From NCBI GenBank assembly GCA_951406725.2, contig OX597829.1:27714001-27778000 (forward strand): a DNA stretch of 64,000 bases. Direction: 5' to 3'. The first letter of the stretch is position 1, and each line of letters starts with the position of its first letter. Position numbers and translations under genes: made by a program. This DNA comes from Octopus vulgaris. Taxonomy: Eukaryota. Of the stretch, positions 25,966 to 39,726 are shown one piece after another. The notes under the pieces were generated by a model. The model was not told where the DNA came from. It searched no databases and was given only the letters and a program-made list of their open reading frames with translations.

Positions 25966-26159
25966 ATAATTTAAGGTGTTTTCCGTTAGGAACGTACTAG
26001 AATACAAAATAATGTTTATTCAGCCTTAGAATTACCAATTAGCCAGTATTATTACCATATACTTCCGAGTCTAGTTTTAGGCATTCATCGTGTGTGAAAA
26101 TTAAATTGAATAAAATAGAATCAACAAGAAGGAGTACGGTTAGACAGCTACTTAATAAA

Positions 26160-26262
26160 CACTACACATGTTTCGATACAACATAGATCCACATATGTAT
26201 AGGATTTAAAGTAAGCAACGGTTTTATCTGCACAATGGGATCTAGTTGTATCTCCTCAGGTG
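26160..26262 (-). ncRNA. Type I hammerhead motif with long stem II
   Basis: CAC-CTGAGGA-GATACAACTAGATCC...GGATCTATGTTGTATC-GAAAC-ATGT-GTA-GTG; intact core, GUA site. Confidence 0.8.
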
Positions 26263-26288
26263 ATATATAATTGCTGCCCCGTTAGTAA

Positions 26289-26349
26289 ACCTTTTGGCTT
26301 CGATGCTAACACATGTTCGTTGGTTGTGTTAGCATCGAAGCCAAAAGGT
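26289..26349. repeat. Perfect 24-bp inverted repeat adjacent to the hammerhead
   Basis: ACCTTTTGGCTTCGATGCTAACAC-13nt-GTGTTAGCATCGAAGCCAAAAGGT. Confidence 0.9.
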
Positions 26350-26732
26350 CTACTGAGTGGAAGAATGCATGTCTAACAGTATAATAATGAAAACTAGGAA
26401 GAAATTCTATGTATATTTCAAACGTCGTTTTGTTTATTTTCCTTTAAATCTCGCCTGTTGAAGAGTACAAATTCGACCTTTGTAATGTTCTTTTTACTGA
26501 AATCTTGGTCCTTTTTTAGGATTATGGAATAAAAGGATAATCCATTTTAACATCTAATCTACTTCATTTCATGTATGTGATGAAATTTATTGAATTTTGT
26601 TTAATAAATTAAGTTTTACATACATTCATACCTATACGATTTTAAAATTCTTAAATAATGTATGATGAAAAGGCATCAGAAATCTATGGAAAAAAATTCC
26701 TATTAAAGGATGAAGATATATTTATCCGGATA

Positions 26733-26783
<51 letters not shown>

Positions 26784-26784
<1 letters not shown>

Positions 26785-27164
26785 TCTTTTACTTATTTCA
26801 GTCATTTGACTGCGGTCAAGCTGGAGCAGCACCTTAGAGCGTTTTTGTCGAACAATTTTGACTTCACCACTTATTTTTTAGCCAAGTATTTATTCTAGCA
26901 GTCTCTTTGCCGAACCGCTAGATCACGGGGACGTAAACAGATCATCACCGGTTGTCAAGCGATGATGAGGGACAAACACAGACACATATAGACATATACA
27001 TATGCGATAGGCTTCTATCAGTTTCCGTCTACCAAATCCACTCACAAGGCTTTTGTCGGCCCGATGCTATAGAACAAAAAACACTTGCCCAAGGTGTCAC
27101 GTAGTAGGACTGAACCCAGAGCCATATAGTCGGGAAACAAGCTTCTTACCAGCCACGCCGCGCC
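26784..27164 (-). mobile_element. SINE family A copy (diverged)
   Basis: Family A consensus. Confidence 0.8.
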
Positions 27165-27261
27165 GCATATATGCCTACATATGTACGAGTATGTGTTTAT
27201 ATTTCTCTATAGATCTTCGTGAATTAATTTCATACCTGGTAGCTGCCTGTTTATCCTTTTC

Positions 27262-27497
<236 letters not shown>

Positions 27498-27734
27498 TTT
27501 CTGAAAACCTTACATGAAATGCAAAACGCGCAGTTTAAATCTGTAATGGAAATTGTATATACCGAATATTTCCAAAATGAAAGAGTTGAATTCATTTACA
27601 CAGGAAATGAAATTCTCTGAAAGCTGTTGTTGGTGGCTAAATTTACTTCACGTGTTTTGATACAGGTACGGAAGTGTAATACATCGCTCGTTCTGTAAAG
27701 TCGCATCAATATTATTCTTTCTTTCTTTTTTCCT

Positions 27735-27779
<45 letters not shown>

Positions 27780-27814
27780 ATTTACTTATTTATCTATTTA
27801 TATTCATCGTTTAT

Positions 27815-28756
27815 CATTTACTTGTTTCAATCATTCGACTGTGGCCATACTGGAGCACCACCTTCAAGTGTTTTATTAAGAAAAAATCGACCCTATTCGT
27901 CTTTCATCCTTTCGGGGATCGATAGATTAAGTAGCAGTTGCATACTGGGATCGATCTAATCGACTAGACCCCCCTCCCTCCCCAAAGATTTCGGGCCTTG
28001 TGCCTAGAGTAGAAAAGATTATTATTATCATTATTTAGTTTGGTACTTATTCTATCGATCACCTTTGCCGTACTGCTAATGTTACGGTGGACGTAAGCAA
28101 ACACCAGTTGTCAAGCGGTGGGGGAGGATAAGCACAAACACATAGGGAGGGAAAGGAAGCACTCCGTCGGTTACGACGATGAGGGTTCCGGTTGATCCGA
28201 ATCAATAGAACAGCCTGCTCGTGAAATTAATGTGTAAGTGGCTGAGCACTCCACAGACACGTGCACCCTTAACGTAGTTCTCGGGGATATTCAGCATGAC
28301 ACAGAGAGTGACAAGGCCAGCCCTTTGAAATACAGGTACAACAGAAACAGGAAGTAAGAGTGAGAGAAAGTTGTGGTGAAAGAGTAGAGCAGGGATCACC
28401 ACCATCCCCTGTCGGAGCCTCGTGGAGCTTTAGGTGTTTTCGCTCAATAAACACTCACAACGCCCGGTCTGGGAATCGAAACCGCGATCCTATGACCGCG
28501 AGTCCGCTGCCCTAACCACTGGGCCATTGCGCCTCCACCACAAACACATAAACTCACACACACACATATATACAAGAGTTACGGAATGGAGTAATGGGAC
28601 GGGCTCTCACAGTTTCCGTCTACCAAAGTCACTCCCAAGGTCTTGGTTGTCCTGGGATATAATAGAAGTCGCTTGCCCTAAATGTCGCGCATTGAGACTG
28701 AACCTGAAATAACGTGGTTGCACAGCGTACCTGTTCTGCGCAGTCAAACCTGCACC
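27815..28756 (-). mobile_element. Old SINE A carrying a nested SINE B fragment (27888-28020) and a SINE C (28145-28538)
   Basis: Family A blocks are collinear once the inserts are removed. Confidence 0.75.
28145..28538 (-). mobile_element. SINE family C, tail type 1, 12-bp TSD
   Basis: Reverse complement of 24858-25222; TSD CACAAACACATA at 28133-28144 and 28539-28550. Confidence 0.92.
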
Positions 28757-28759
28757 TAT

Positions 28760-29183
<424 letters not shown>

Positions 29184-29567
29184 TTTTATTTTTATTTTTA
29201 ACAATCATTCACCGCTCAGCCACATTCGTCTGTATATGGGGACACTTGGATCAGTTGGATCAACGAAATGAAGTGTGAAATTGGCTTTACTTTTCCAAGC
29301 TCTTCATTCTGGCATACGATGCAGCGTAACAGAAACTAAATACATTTCTTTGTTACCGTTTCGGTTTTCATTTCTATACCTTACTTTGTGTCTCCCACAA
29401 AACAAGGACTTTATTGGGTCATTCTGACGTGACGTATGTGACAGAGCCCCCCAATTACCAAATTATGAATCTCGAACAATTGCAAGAATTGTGTTGATTC
29501 ATTTTCGGCAATAAAGTTTGACCGCCTAGGAAAGTCTTAGACAAAAATTGTTTGGGCTGGAATGTAT

Positions 29568-29765
29568 TACTCTTTTTTTTTTTTACTTGTTTCAGTCATT
29601 TGACTGCGGCCATGCTGGAGCACCGCCTTTTAGTCGAGCAAATCGACCCCGGGACTTATTCTTTGTAAGCCCAGTACTTATTCTATCGGCATCTTTTGCC
29701 GAACCGCTAAGTGACGGGGACGTAAACACACCAGCATCGGTTGTCAAGCAATGCTAGGGGGACAA

Positions 29766-29804
<39 letters not shown>

Positions 29805-29967
29805 CGACAGGCTTCTTTCAGTTTCCGTCTACCAAATCCACTCACAAGGCATTGGTCGGCCCGGGGCTATAGCAGAAGACACTTGCCCAAGATGCCACGC
29901 AGTGGGACTGAACCCGAAACCATGTGGTTGGTTAGCAAGCTACTTACCACACAGCCACTCCTGCGCC
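29568..29967 (-). mobile_element. Young full-length SINE A copy
   Basis: Family A consensus, CpGs intact. Confidence 0.92.
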
Positions 29968-30049
29968 TATATGCTGAATATTTTAAAGAGGATTCCCCAA
30001 AAGTATGATGTGCGTGACATAGCACAAAACCTTTTAACCCTTGAAAATA

Positions 30050-30393
30050 GTGGTTTCAAATTTTGGCACTAGTGCTCAAATGGTGCTTATCTTATCAACC
30101 CTGAAAGGATGAAGGACAAAGTTGACTGCAGCTAAATTTGAACTCAGAACATAATTTACCCAAAAGAAATACTGCTAAGTATTTTGTCTGATGCTGCTTT
30201 AATCTTTGAAAATAATTCTTTTTACTATAGGTACTTTGACACCAGTGCTTGACTGATACTTATTTTATCGACCCTGAAAGGGTGAAAGGCAAAGTTGACT
30301 TCAGCAGAATTTAAATTCAGAACGTACAGACGAACGAAATACCGCTAAGCATTTTTGTCCGTCGTGCTTAACGATTCTGCTAGCTCACCGCCT
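30050..30393 (-). mobile_element. Two SINE B copies (degenerate)
   Basis: GATGAAGGACAAAGTTGAC / GGTGAAAGGCAAAGTTGAC motifs, head at 30393. Confidence 0.7.
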
Positions 30394-30829
30394 TAATCCC
30401 CAGAAAATATCAACTATCAATTCCACTGAATATCTCCAGAGCAACATAAAATGCCTCGCGGAGCTTATGTACATTGGACCCTGAAATTTCAAAAATGCTA
30501 ATGAGTTCGGTTGACATCGATGTCTATGGTCACAATTCTGATTTTCCTGGTGTGATATGCATGATAGCCTGACGTAAGCGACAAAAAACTTCATGTTAAC
30601 GACAATGCTGTTTTAATGCAGAAGAAATACGACTATCGATATCTGGTCGAATATGAACCATTTCAGTATACCTCTACAGTTTTATAGGGTTATTTTTTTT
30701 TTCTGGTCATACGTGTCTCTCATAAGAATGAGAGACACTACATGGTCACTCGACCTGCTAAAGATAGCAATCCAATTTCGCTCATATCATAAGTTTGTTG
30801 TATCAGAACTGACCTTGGTCTGAACGATG

Positions 30830-30832
30830 ATG

Positions 30833-30867
<35 letters not shown>

Positions 30868-31079
30868 CATAATCATAATGGCGGTGCCCCAGCATGGCCA
30901 CAGCTCATGAGCTGAAACTAGAATCAATCAATCAATCATAATAATAATAATGATGATGATGATGATGATAATAAAGCACGCAGAGCTGCGCTCGGTAGTG
31001 AAGTGAAAGTACGTTATAAAAATAAAACTACTGAATAATAATAATAATAATAACAATAATAATAATAATAATAATAATA

Positions 31080-31122
<43 letters not shown>
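30830..31122 (+). repeat. (AAT)n tract containing two retroelement 3' stubs: LINE-like end 30880-30938 and Dong/R4 3'UTR stub 30976-31033
   Basis: CAGAGCTGCGCTCGGTAGTGAAGTGAAAG..AAAATAAAACTACTG(AAT)n matches 45920-45972. Confidence 0.8.
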
Positions 31123-31123
<1 letters not shown>

Positions 31124-31870
31124 ACTATAGGTACAAGGCTTAGAATTTTGGGGAAGGAACTTGTCAATTACATAGACCTCCAGTGTTCAATTGGTACTTA
31201 CTTATAAGGAGGAATTTGAACCGCGGCGGAATTTGAACCTCAAACGTAAAGACGGACGAAATGCCACTAAGCAGTTTTGCCTGACATGCTTACGATTCTG
31301 CCAGCTCGTCGCCTTAAATAATATTTCTTTTGATGTTGGTTTCAAATTTCGATTACATGAACCCCAGCACTCAACTGGTAACTTATTGCATCGACCTCGA
31401 AAGGATGAAAGTTAAAGTCGAACACGGCAGGATTTAAACCCAGAACATGAAAATCGACAAAAAACACCGCTAAGCATTTTGTCTAGCATGCCGACGATTC
31501 TCTGTTGAGGCTACAGACATTTTACAGGAAGCAATTATAGTGATGCTAATCTATTTTGGTACATCATTAATAACTATTTTATTGACTCCGCTCCGGTGAG
31601 ATTTCGACTCTGATTTTTAAAGATCGAAACTAAATGGTATCAGATAAATATTTGCTTCTTACTAACATATTTATTTTTTTTTTTTTGTTCAAACGTGTGC
31701 TACTGCAGACAGAGACAATATTCATTAGAGATATTGTGTGTATCCATTTATTTGAGTTGTTTGGTTTTTAGGTCAGTCTTGCTTGATCCATCAAATCTAC
31801 GTGTGTCATCTTGTCTATTACGCAGACGTTGTGTGTACGTATGTGTGTGTGTACTCGCATGCATGATTGA

Positions 31871-31908
<38 letters not shown>

Positions 31909-31911
<3 letters not shown>

Positions 31912-32303
31912 TCTTTACTCTTTACTCTTTTACTTGTTTCAGTCATTTGACTGCGGCCATGCTGGAGCACCGCCTTTAGTCGAGCAAATCGACCCCGGGA
32001 CTTATTCTTTGTAAGCCCAGTACTTATTCTATCGGTCTCTTTTTGCCGAACCGCTAAGTGAGGGAGACATAAACACACCAGCATCGGTTGTCAAGCAATG
32101 CTAGGGGGACAAACACAGACGCACAAACATATATACATATATACGACGGGCTTCTTTCAGTTTCCGTCTACCAAATCCACTCACAAGGCATTGGTCGGCC
32201 CAGGGCTATAGCAGAAGACACTTGCCCAAGATGCCACGCAGTGGGACTGAACCCGGAACCATGTGGTTGGTTAGCAAGCTACTTACCACACAGCCACTCC
32301 TGC

Positions 32304-32306
<3 letters not shown>
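31909..32306 (-). mobile_element. Young SINE A copy inside (TA)n
   Basis: Family A consensus. Confidence 0.92.
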
Positions 32307-32357
<51 letters not shown>

Positions 32358-32403
32358 TTTGTATGTAAAAAAATTTATATATATATATATATATATATAT
32401 GCG

Positions 32404-32941
32404 TAAGAAATCAAAATGACAAAGGAATAAAAAATTATGTCATTACAGTGATCCCTCATTTATCGCGGTAGATTGGTTCCGAGACCGGCCGCGATAACTG
32501 AATTTCCGCGAAGTAGGGACACCATATTTACAGTATTTACTTAACGTGTATTTGGACTTTTAAAACACCTCCCTGTACTGTTAACAACCCACCCATTACA
32601 GTAGTCTATTAATATCATGGGCAACTGTTAAGTAATAACACTTTAGATTAAAAAAATAAATAAAGATTGTTACTGTACTCAACACGAAAGAAGTTGAAGT
32701 AAAATTTGAATAATGATGAAGTAAAATTTGAATGATGAATTTGCTGCGCAGTAGAAATGATGATTATGAAGCTGAGGGCGGTGCCCTTTTCTGGGACACC
32801 TCTTCCACTTCTTCCGAAGGTGCAACTGTAGTAGTAGCAGCAAGAACTGGCTCTTTTTTGCGAAGTTGCAAAGACATTATGAAATAATATTTATTATTAA
32901 TATTTTAATGGATTTAATGAAACATTTTAGGTGTTTATATA

Positions 32942-33011
<70 letters not shown>

Positions 33012-33359
33012 CCGCTTAATCGTGAATCCGCGATAGTTGAACCACGAAGTAGCGAAGGATCATTGTAACTTCGTTAGCTTACAGCTTCTGTTATAAGATG
33101 TAGTGCATTCATAGCCGAATGCTTGTGCATCACCCTGTAGCATCATGAAGTACTACAATTTTATTTCGGAAAGCGTTCACATTTTGTGAACCCTTTCTCA
33201 AATAAAACTGCACTTCATTTTTGAAGCTCCAGTGAATCTATAGGGTGGTACACTAACTAGCACTCAAATATGAGTACATTGCATCTTATAGCAGGGGAAG
33301 CTGTTAACTAATGAAGATCGTGATATGATTTTTTATTCCCTTGTCATTTTAATATCTTG
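32404..33359. repeat. Diverged ~330-bp fold-back element interrupted by a Tigger-like MITE
   Basis: AAAATGACAAAGGAATAAAAAAT / ATTTTTTATTCCCTTGTCATTTT outer arms; TATAAGATG/CATCTTATA; ACCCTGTAG/CTATAGGGT; centre GTTCAC-ATTTT-GTGAAC near 33183. Confidence 0.75.
32446..33065. mobile_element. Tigger/pogo-type non-autonomous DNA transposon
   Basis: TA|CAGTGATCCCTCATTTATCGCGG ... CCACGAAGTAGCGAAGGATCATTG|TA; CCGCGA subterminal repeats. Confidence 0.85.
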
Positions 33360-33974
33360 TTACTGCTTTGTACCCTACTGACGCTTTGTTTATTGAGTTC
33401 TAAAACCTGATTATTAATATCGCTTTGCCTCAGCGAAAGCTTGTCTCTTAGAGACAGCAAGGATTATCAGGAGGGTTCTAAGCACTTGAAAGACTGCTGA
33501 AAACTTATGGAAACTTACGATTACAGGTAGTAACCGGCTACCCACATAAATCGTACCAGGAATAAGACCATACCTGAGCCAAACCAAAATAATAATAATT
33601 ATCCTTTTTACTAAAAGAACAAAACCTGAAATTTGGGGCTGGGGTTTACTACTCGATTACATCGGCCCAGTATTTCACTGGTACTTAATTTATCGACCTC
33701 GAAAGGATGAAAGGTAAAGTCGACCCCGGCAGAATTTGAACTGAGAACGTGCAAACGGAGGAAAATAATAATATTAATAATAATACTGATTGGATGTGTT
33801 ATCATGTACACTGTTTTGTCTTGGCATAAAAGATGGGCTACAGCAAATATTCTGCTCAAGACCACAAATTTGCTAGTTAGTTATTTGACCTTAACTAGTT
33901 GAGCATGTCCCTTAGAGTCAAGGAGATCTATATAACGTCTTGGTTTGTAAAAATGTATACGGTAACGTCCTTTA

Positions 33975-34154
33975 TTATTGCCTCCTTGCCTTCTTTATCT
34001 TTGGCATCTGTTTAATTTCATCTTTATTTCTTCTCCATAACCTGACATTGCTTTCGTCAACATCAAATTTTCTTTCGGCGGCCCTATTACCATGCTTTTC
34101 AGCATATGATATAACTTCAAGTTTAAACATAGCTGAATAAGATCTACGAGGCAT
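33975..34154 (-). pseudogene. Pogo-family (POGK-like) transposase N-terminus: Brinker-type DNA-binding domain, 59 aa, truncated
   Basis: MPRRSYSAMFKLEVISYAEKHGNRAAERKFDVDESNVRLWRRNKDEIKQMPKIKKARRQ*; element terminus CCGTAAATCCTCGAGTATAATCCGC starts at 34761 on the minus strand. Confidence 0.8.
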
Positions 34155-34788
34155 TTTATGGGCATGTAATGTATAAAATGTTTTATTGGAGATTATTGTA
34201 CAGGTTTAAGTCCCAATTATAAAAAAAACACTAGTAAAGACCCACAGTAGTTCAAACATTTAATACAGGTATTTAATTAAGTATCTATTGTTTGCCACGG
34301 TAATGATGCAAACTGCCAATACAAACAGCAGGATAAACTATTTAGCGCTAAACTATTAAGCACAATTCGTGCGTAATTAAGCCAGCAGCACCAAGTCGAA
34401 CAAACACTTCCGCGCATGCGTACTACAATGATGGTGATGTTCTTAACTGTTACATGGGAATGTAAATATGTTTGCAAATTATTATTGTTACATGTTATTC
34501 TGTGATCTGAATACTTTTATTTTAATAAATGTTGCTTACTGCAAGTTATGGATGATTCTTTTATGCCTTCTTTGCTTAAGGTATTTTCGCGCCCGACATC
34601 ACTAAAATTCGTCTGAATAAAATCATTGCCGGACAGCAAATAGAGACTCGGACATTGCTTAGAAAATATTTTTCATTTTTAACCTCGCATATAGTACGCA
34701 CTAGGGATTTTGACCTTTAAATTTTAGGGGGAAAATGCGGATTATACTCGAGGATTTACGGCAATATATAGATATTGATATTGTGTAT

Positions 34789-34852
<64 letters not shown>

Positions 34853-35156
34853 GTGTATCATATAACATGCACTCATGCGCGCGCTCATACACACACACAC
34901 ACACACAAGATGCGAGCTCATAGGTTTCGGTTCAGAGGTACCGCGTGGTTGAGTAAATACTCAAATAAAATGTATATATACTATTCTACATACATTGTGT
35001 ACCTTATTGAATATCAGTCTTCTTACATTTGTAACCGAGACTATCTGATCTATATTATTTTCTTCAACGAGTGTTCTGTCTCTTGTGAGTTTTTTTTCTA
35101 ATTGCGTACCAAAACGGACGAACTCGCCCGTGAGGTGGATACTCAAAAATTGTTAT

Positions 35157-35189
<33 letters not shown>

Positions 35190-35377
35190 GCGCTCAACGT
35201 TTGTGTGTTTACATGCGTGTATGTATAACATGTAAAGATCAAAGGGTAAGACACGCAGACAAACGAATGTGTACATAGGCATGTGTGTTGATTTGAAGAC
35301 AGCACAACTATGCTTTCTGTTTATCGTATTCGGCCTATCTCTCTCTCTCTCTCTCTGTCTCTCTATCTCTCTCTCTG

Positions 35378-35418
<41 letters not shown>

Positions 35419-35649
35419 GCGCCTCTTTCTCGTTTCGGCTAATGACCTTTTATTCGTTTTCTCTTCCTATTAATGTTATTGCTGATCAAATGTCATTCGG
35501 AATTTCGGAACGTGAGGTTCCTTGTTCCAACCACATGCTTGAATGTGTATATGTTTTGTTTATACAAGCGGGAGGGAGGAGGAGGGTTGGGGGTCGCGTG
35601 CATGTGTGTGCGTGTGTATCTATATGTATATATGTATATGCTTGTATGA

Positions 35650-35712
<63 letters not shown>

Positions 35713-36679
35713 TGTGTGTGTGTGTATGTGTGTCTGTTTCTTTGTATGTATGCATGCGTGCATAATATGTGTGTGTTTGTGTGTGCGCATGGTGTGTTCT
35801 TAGATCCTGAAGTAATCGCACTTAAATTGTAGAATAACGAATCGAAATCACGAAAATTATGGCAGAAGATAATAGCTTTTCATTAGTTTTGTTAACAATA
35901 GTGATTCGTGAGTACAAAAATGAATCACCCTAATTAATATTGCTGCTATAGTCTTTTGTGATTGCATTTTCTTGCTATTTTTAGATATTTTTTTTAAGTC
36001 CCCTAAATTATGATAGTTGGACGGAAAATTCAATGGAATTTACATATTTCCAGAAGCCGGAATTTTTGCGTTTAGTGAGACGGTAGATTCTTAGAGAAGT
36101 TCATAGAAAACCATTCATGGTTTTAAAAATAACCGACTTTAAGAGAAAACAATGACACAAATCAAATTATTCAAATATACAAAAGTAGTCAAAGAAGGCT
36201 TTTTTGTCTGTTTCTCTAATTACGTTGCAAAATTAAAATATTGTATTTACTTTGTAGGAAAATAGAATTTTTTGAAGATTCTCTCGAAAACAATGATTAT
36301 GACGGGTGATAAAAACAATAATCGTTTCTACTATAGACACAAGGCCTGCAATTTTTTGGAGGGACGGTGCCAGTCGATTACATCGACCTCAGTGGTCGAT
36401 GTAAACTGGTGCTTATTTTCTTTATATCTGAAAAGATGAAAAGCGAAGTTCACCTCGGCGGAATTTGAGCTTCGAACGATGCCAGCTCGCCACCTTTTCT
36501 CATTGTCGACCTACTATAAAAGGTGTAATCCTATATTCTACAAAAATCCTATGAAAGATTCATGAAATTTTAAGATACTTGTTTTCGCCAAACCTCAAAA
36601 CACTATTCTATCTAACTAATATAGCATGTAATAGTTATAAGAGGTTATTATTATTCTAATTATCATTATCATTATTATT

Positions 36680-37175
36680 ATTGAGTGATAATAATGACAC
36701 TGGGGTACAAATATACCAAGCCCAATATACCCATCATGACTACCCGTCTGATAAGGGTACACCATATGTGCACGACATGGTGATCTCATATCAAGATAAA
36801 CAGCGCATGACCTTGCAGGTGGGGTCCAGTGAGAATTTTCTTCAGGTCGAATAGCCCATCCCGCCCAAAAGGATCTTGAATGAGGGTTGTTTAAGGATGT
36901 TAAACGAAACACTCGTGTTTCCAGAAGTGAAGTATTCAATCCCTAAAAAAACTCCTCTCAACACATGGCCTTGATGCGTGCCCACTACTCCTGCTCGTGA
37001 TCAGAGATGTGCATATTGTCAGCCTCTATGGGACATACTCAACTGTTTAAGGTTAAACAACTGGCTAGCAAATCTGTGGTATTGAGCAGAATATTTACTC
37101 AGGGCAAAACACGTAACGTGTTAACACTTCCAATCAGTTAAGATCAGATAGCCTCTGCCAGATATTGCATCAAGG
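36680..37175 (-). mobile_element. Family D copy (longest 5' extent), flanked by (AAT/GAT)n
   Basis: Reverse complement of 8467-8982 and 45984-46397. Confidence 0.75.
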
Positions 37176-37207
37176 TAGTTATCATCATCATCATTATTAT
37201 TATTAAG

Positions 37208-37420
37208 ACAGCGAACTGGCAAAATTCTTAGTCCGTCGAGCAAAATGCTTAGTAGCAATTCGTCCGTCTTTACATTCTGAATTGAAATTCCGCCGAGGTT
37301 GACTTTGCTTTTCATCATTTCGGGGTCGATGATGAATTATGTACCAGTGAAACACTAGGGTCGATGTAATCGACAACTCCCCTCTCCACAAATATGAAAC
37401 CTTGTGCCTCCAGTAGAAAG
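37208..37420 (+). mobile_element. SINE family B copy
   Basis: Head, Nin-type domain and tail. Confidence 0.8.
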
Positions 37421-37454
37421 TTTTTTTTTTCTGTTGTTGTTGTTGTTGTTGTTG

Positions 37455-37800
37455 CTAATGTTCAACTCAAATTGTTTAAATGCAGTATGACACATTTTAC
37501 AGCGCTTAAATCGGTCTCGGCAATAACTTCCCCAAAGTGTTACGTTAAGCTGTAGGGATTTCAGTGATTCTTTCAACTTACCTTTATACCTTAACAGGGG
37601 CTCTTCCTTTCTTCCTTTACCACGGAATCCCTCCTCTACTTGTTGGTCATACAAAAGAATTTTCGGAATGCGATCACCTTGCATTCGAGCATGTCCTGCT
37701 CGTCTGCACTGAATTTTGTACAGCATGCTTTCGATGCTGAAGACAACACATTTTTACTAAATTTTTGACATTTGATATCTTATCTTCTCCAATCCCAAGC
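37455..37800 (-). mobile_element. RTE (BovB-like) LINE ORF C-terminal remnant
   Basis: SIESMLYKIQCRRAGHARMQGDRIPKILLY..RGKG..PLLRYKGKLKESLKSLQLNVTLW...DRFK fits the RTE C-terminal pattern. Confidence 0.75.
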
Positions 37801-37955
37801 AAAATCAAGATCATCATTGCCCCTATTGTGACTTCATAGCAAAATCTATACCTGGACTCAGATTACATTCACGCATTTCATTGCAAATAAATGCAGCTTT
37901 ATTTTTATCCTTTCCTTTAAACACTCAAATGTCGAAATCACGGCAGTGATCATCG

Positions 37956-38059
<104 letters not shown>

Positions 38060-38060
38060 C

Positions 38061-38674
38061 CTTTCTTCTATAAGCTCAAGGCCTGGATTTTTGTGGGGAG
38101 GGGGACAATCAATCACATCGACTCCAGTTTTTGACTGGTACTTAATTTGTCAACACTGAAAGGATGAAAGGCAAAGTCGACCTTGGCGGAATTTGAACTC
38201 AGAACGTAGCGGCAGACGAAATACCGCTAAGCATTTCGCCCGGCGCGCTAACGATTCTGCCAGCTCGCCTCCTTAACAATAATAGTAATAATCCTCAGGC
38301 CTCAGATTTGTCGGGAGAGGACTAGTCGATTACATCGACTCCCAGTGCGTAACTGGTACTTAATTTATCGACCCCGAAATGATGAAAGGTAAAGTCGACC
38401 TCAGCGGAATTTGAACTCAGAACGTAGCGGCAGACGAAATACCTATTTCTTTACTACCCACAAGTGGCTAAACACAGAGTGGACAAAGTAGGACAGGCAA
38501 CCGGATTAAGTCGATTATATCGACCTCAGTGCGTAACTGGTACTTATTTAATCGACCCCGAAAGGATGAAAAGCAAAGTCGACCTCGGCGGAATTTGAAC
38601 TCAAAACATAGCGGCAGACGAAATACTGCTAAGCATTTCGCCCGGCGTGCTAACGATTCTGCCAGCTCGCCGCC
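38061..38674 (-). mobile_element. Cluster of three SINE B units (38061-38272; 38293-38443 headless; 38444-38674)
   Basis: Three Nin-type domains; minus-strand junction AAAGAAATA|GGTATTTCGTCTGCC. Confidence 0.9.
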
Positions 38675-39049
38675 TTAGCAATAACAATAATAATAATATT
38701 AATCATAATAATTTCTTAATGAACCAATAAAAGTTAACGAAAATATCGGAGACGGTACAGGGTGACGTAGTGTGTGGGATTACTTAAAATGGATGTATGT
38801 ATGCTATATTAGAAATAATTTTTGTTTATTATTATTTTGATATCGTATTCATTATATTACTTTTTGTCTCTAATATAGGCAGGTGCCACAAGGCCTCAAA
38901 TACGTGGTAGGGAGGGGAGTTAGCCGTTACCATTGACCTCAGAAAAAGAAAAAGCAAAGGTGAACCCAGAACCGATGACATAATCATCATCATCATAACC
39001 AATTATATTTGGGGGATTCTTCTTTGTTTTAATTCTTTTTATTTATATA

Positions 39050-39447
39050 CTAGCAGCATAGCCCGGCGTTGCCCGGGTATGTAAGATCCCCTAGTAGGCA
39101 ACGACTAATCCCAATCTAGTTCTTTCCCTCTAGGGAACGAAGGCGCATGTGTAGGTTGCAACGTCTTTTCTTCACTCGAACACTTCTATGTATACGATGT
39201 TCCTAGCTGTCTCCCGACAGAAAATGTGCTGCATATAAAAAGCTTAGATTCTCGACCCCATGTCGAATTTATCGATTCTTTTTAAAACTGGGGGAACTTT
39301 TCAAAATTTTCGCTGCGTTAGTTTTGAATTATGACATTGGGCTATGTGTGTCAAGTTTCATCAGATTCGGTTGAAAGCCGTGGTCAGGGTGAGGGTACAA
39401 CCTGACAGACACACAGACAGACAACTTGCCTTTTATATATATAGAGA
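39050..39447 (-). mobile_element. Non-autonomous Helitron
   Basis: A|TCTCTATATATATAAAAGGCAAGTTG ... CCCGGGCAACGCCGGG hairpin ... CTAG|T. Confidence 0.85.
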
Positions 39448-39726
39448 TTTTTATTCCCCCCTGCCCCTCCCCACCCCATCTCCCGCATCGACACCTTTCA
39501 CACGGAGTTTAGATACATACATTTTCTCTTGCGTGTATGTTTGCGCATGTATATATATGTGCATGTAATATATTTTTTAATACTTGCTACTTAGCGGAAA
39601 TCCCACTCTGTTGTGAACTGTCGGGCTAATTGGAAGAAAAAAAAATATTCTTCCTTCCAGTCTCGCAGATATGAAGAAGAGACATGAATGAACATTGCAT
39701 TCCCAGTATTCATCCAGGTTTTAATT

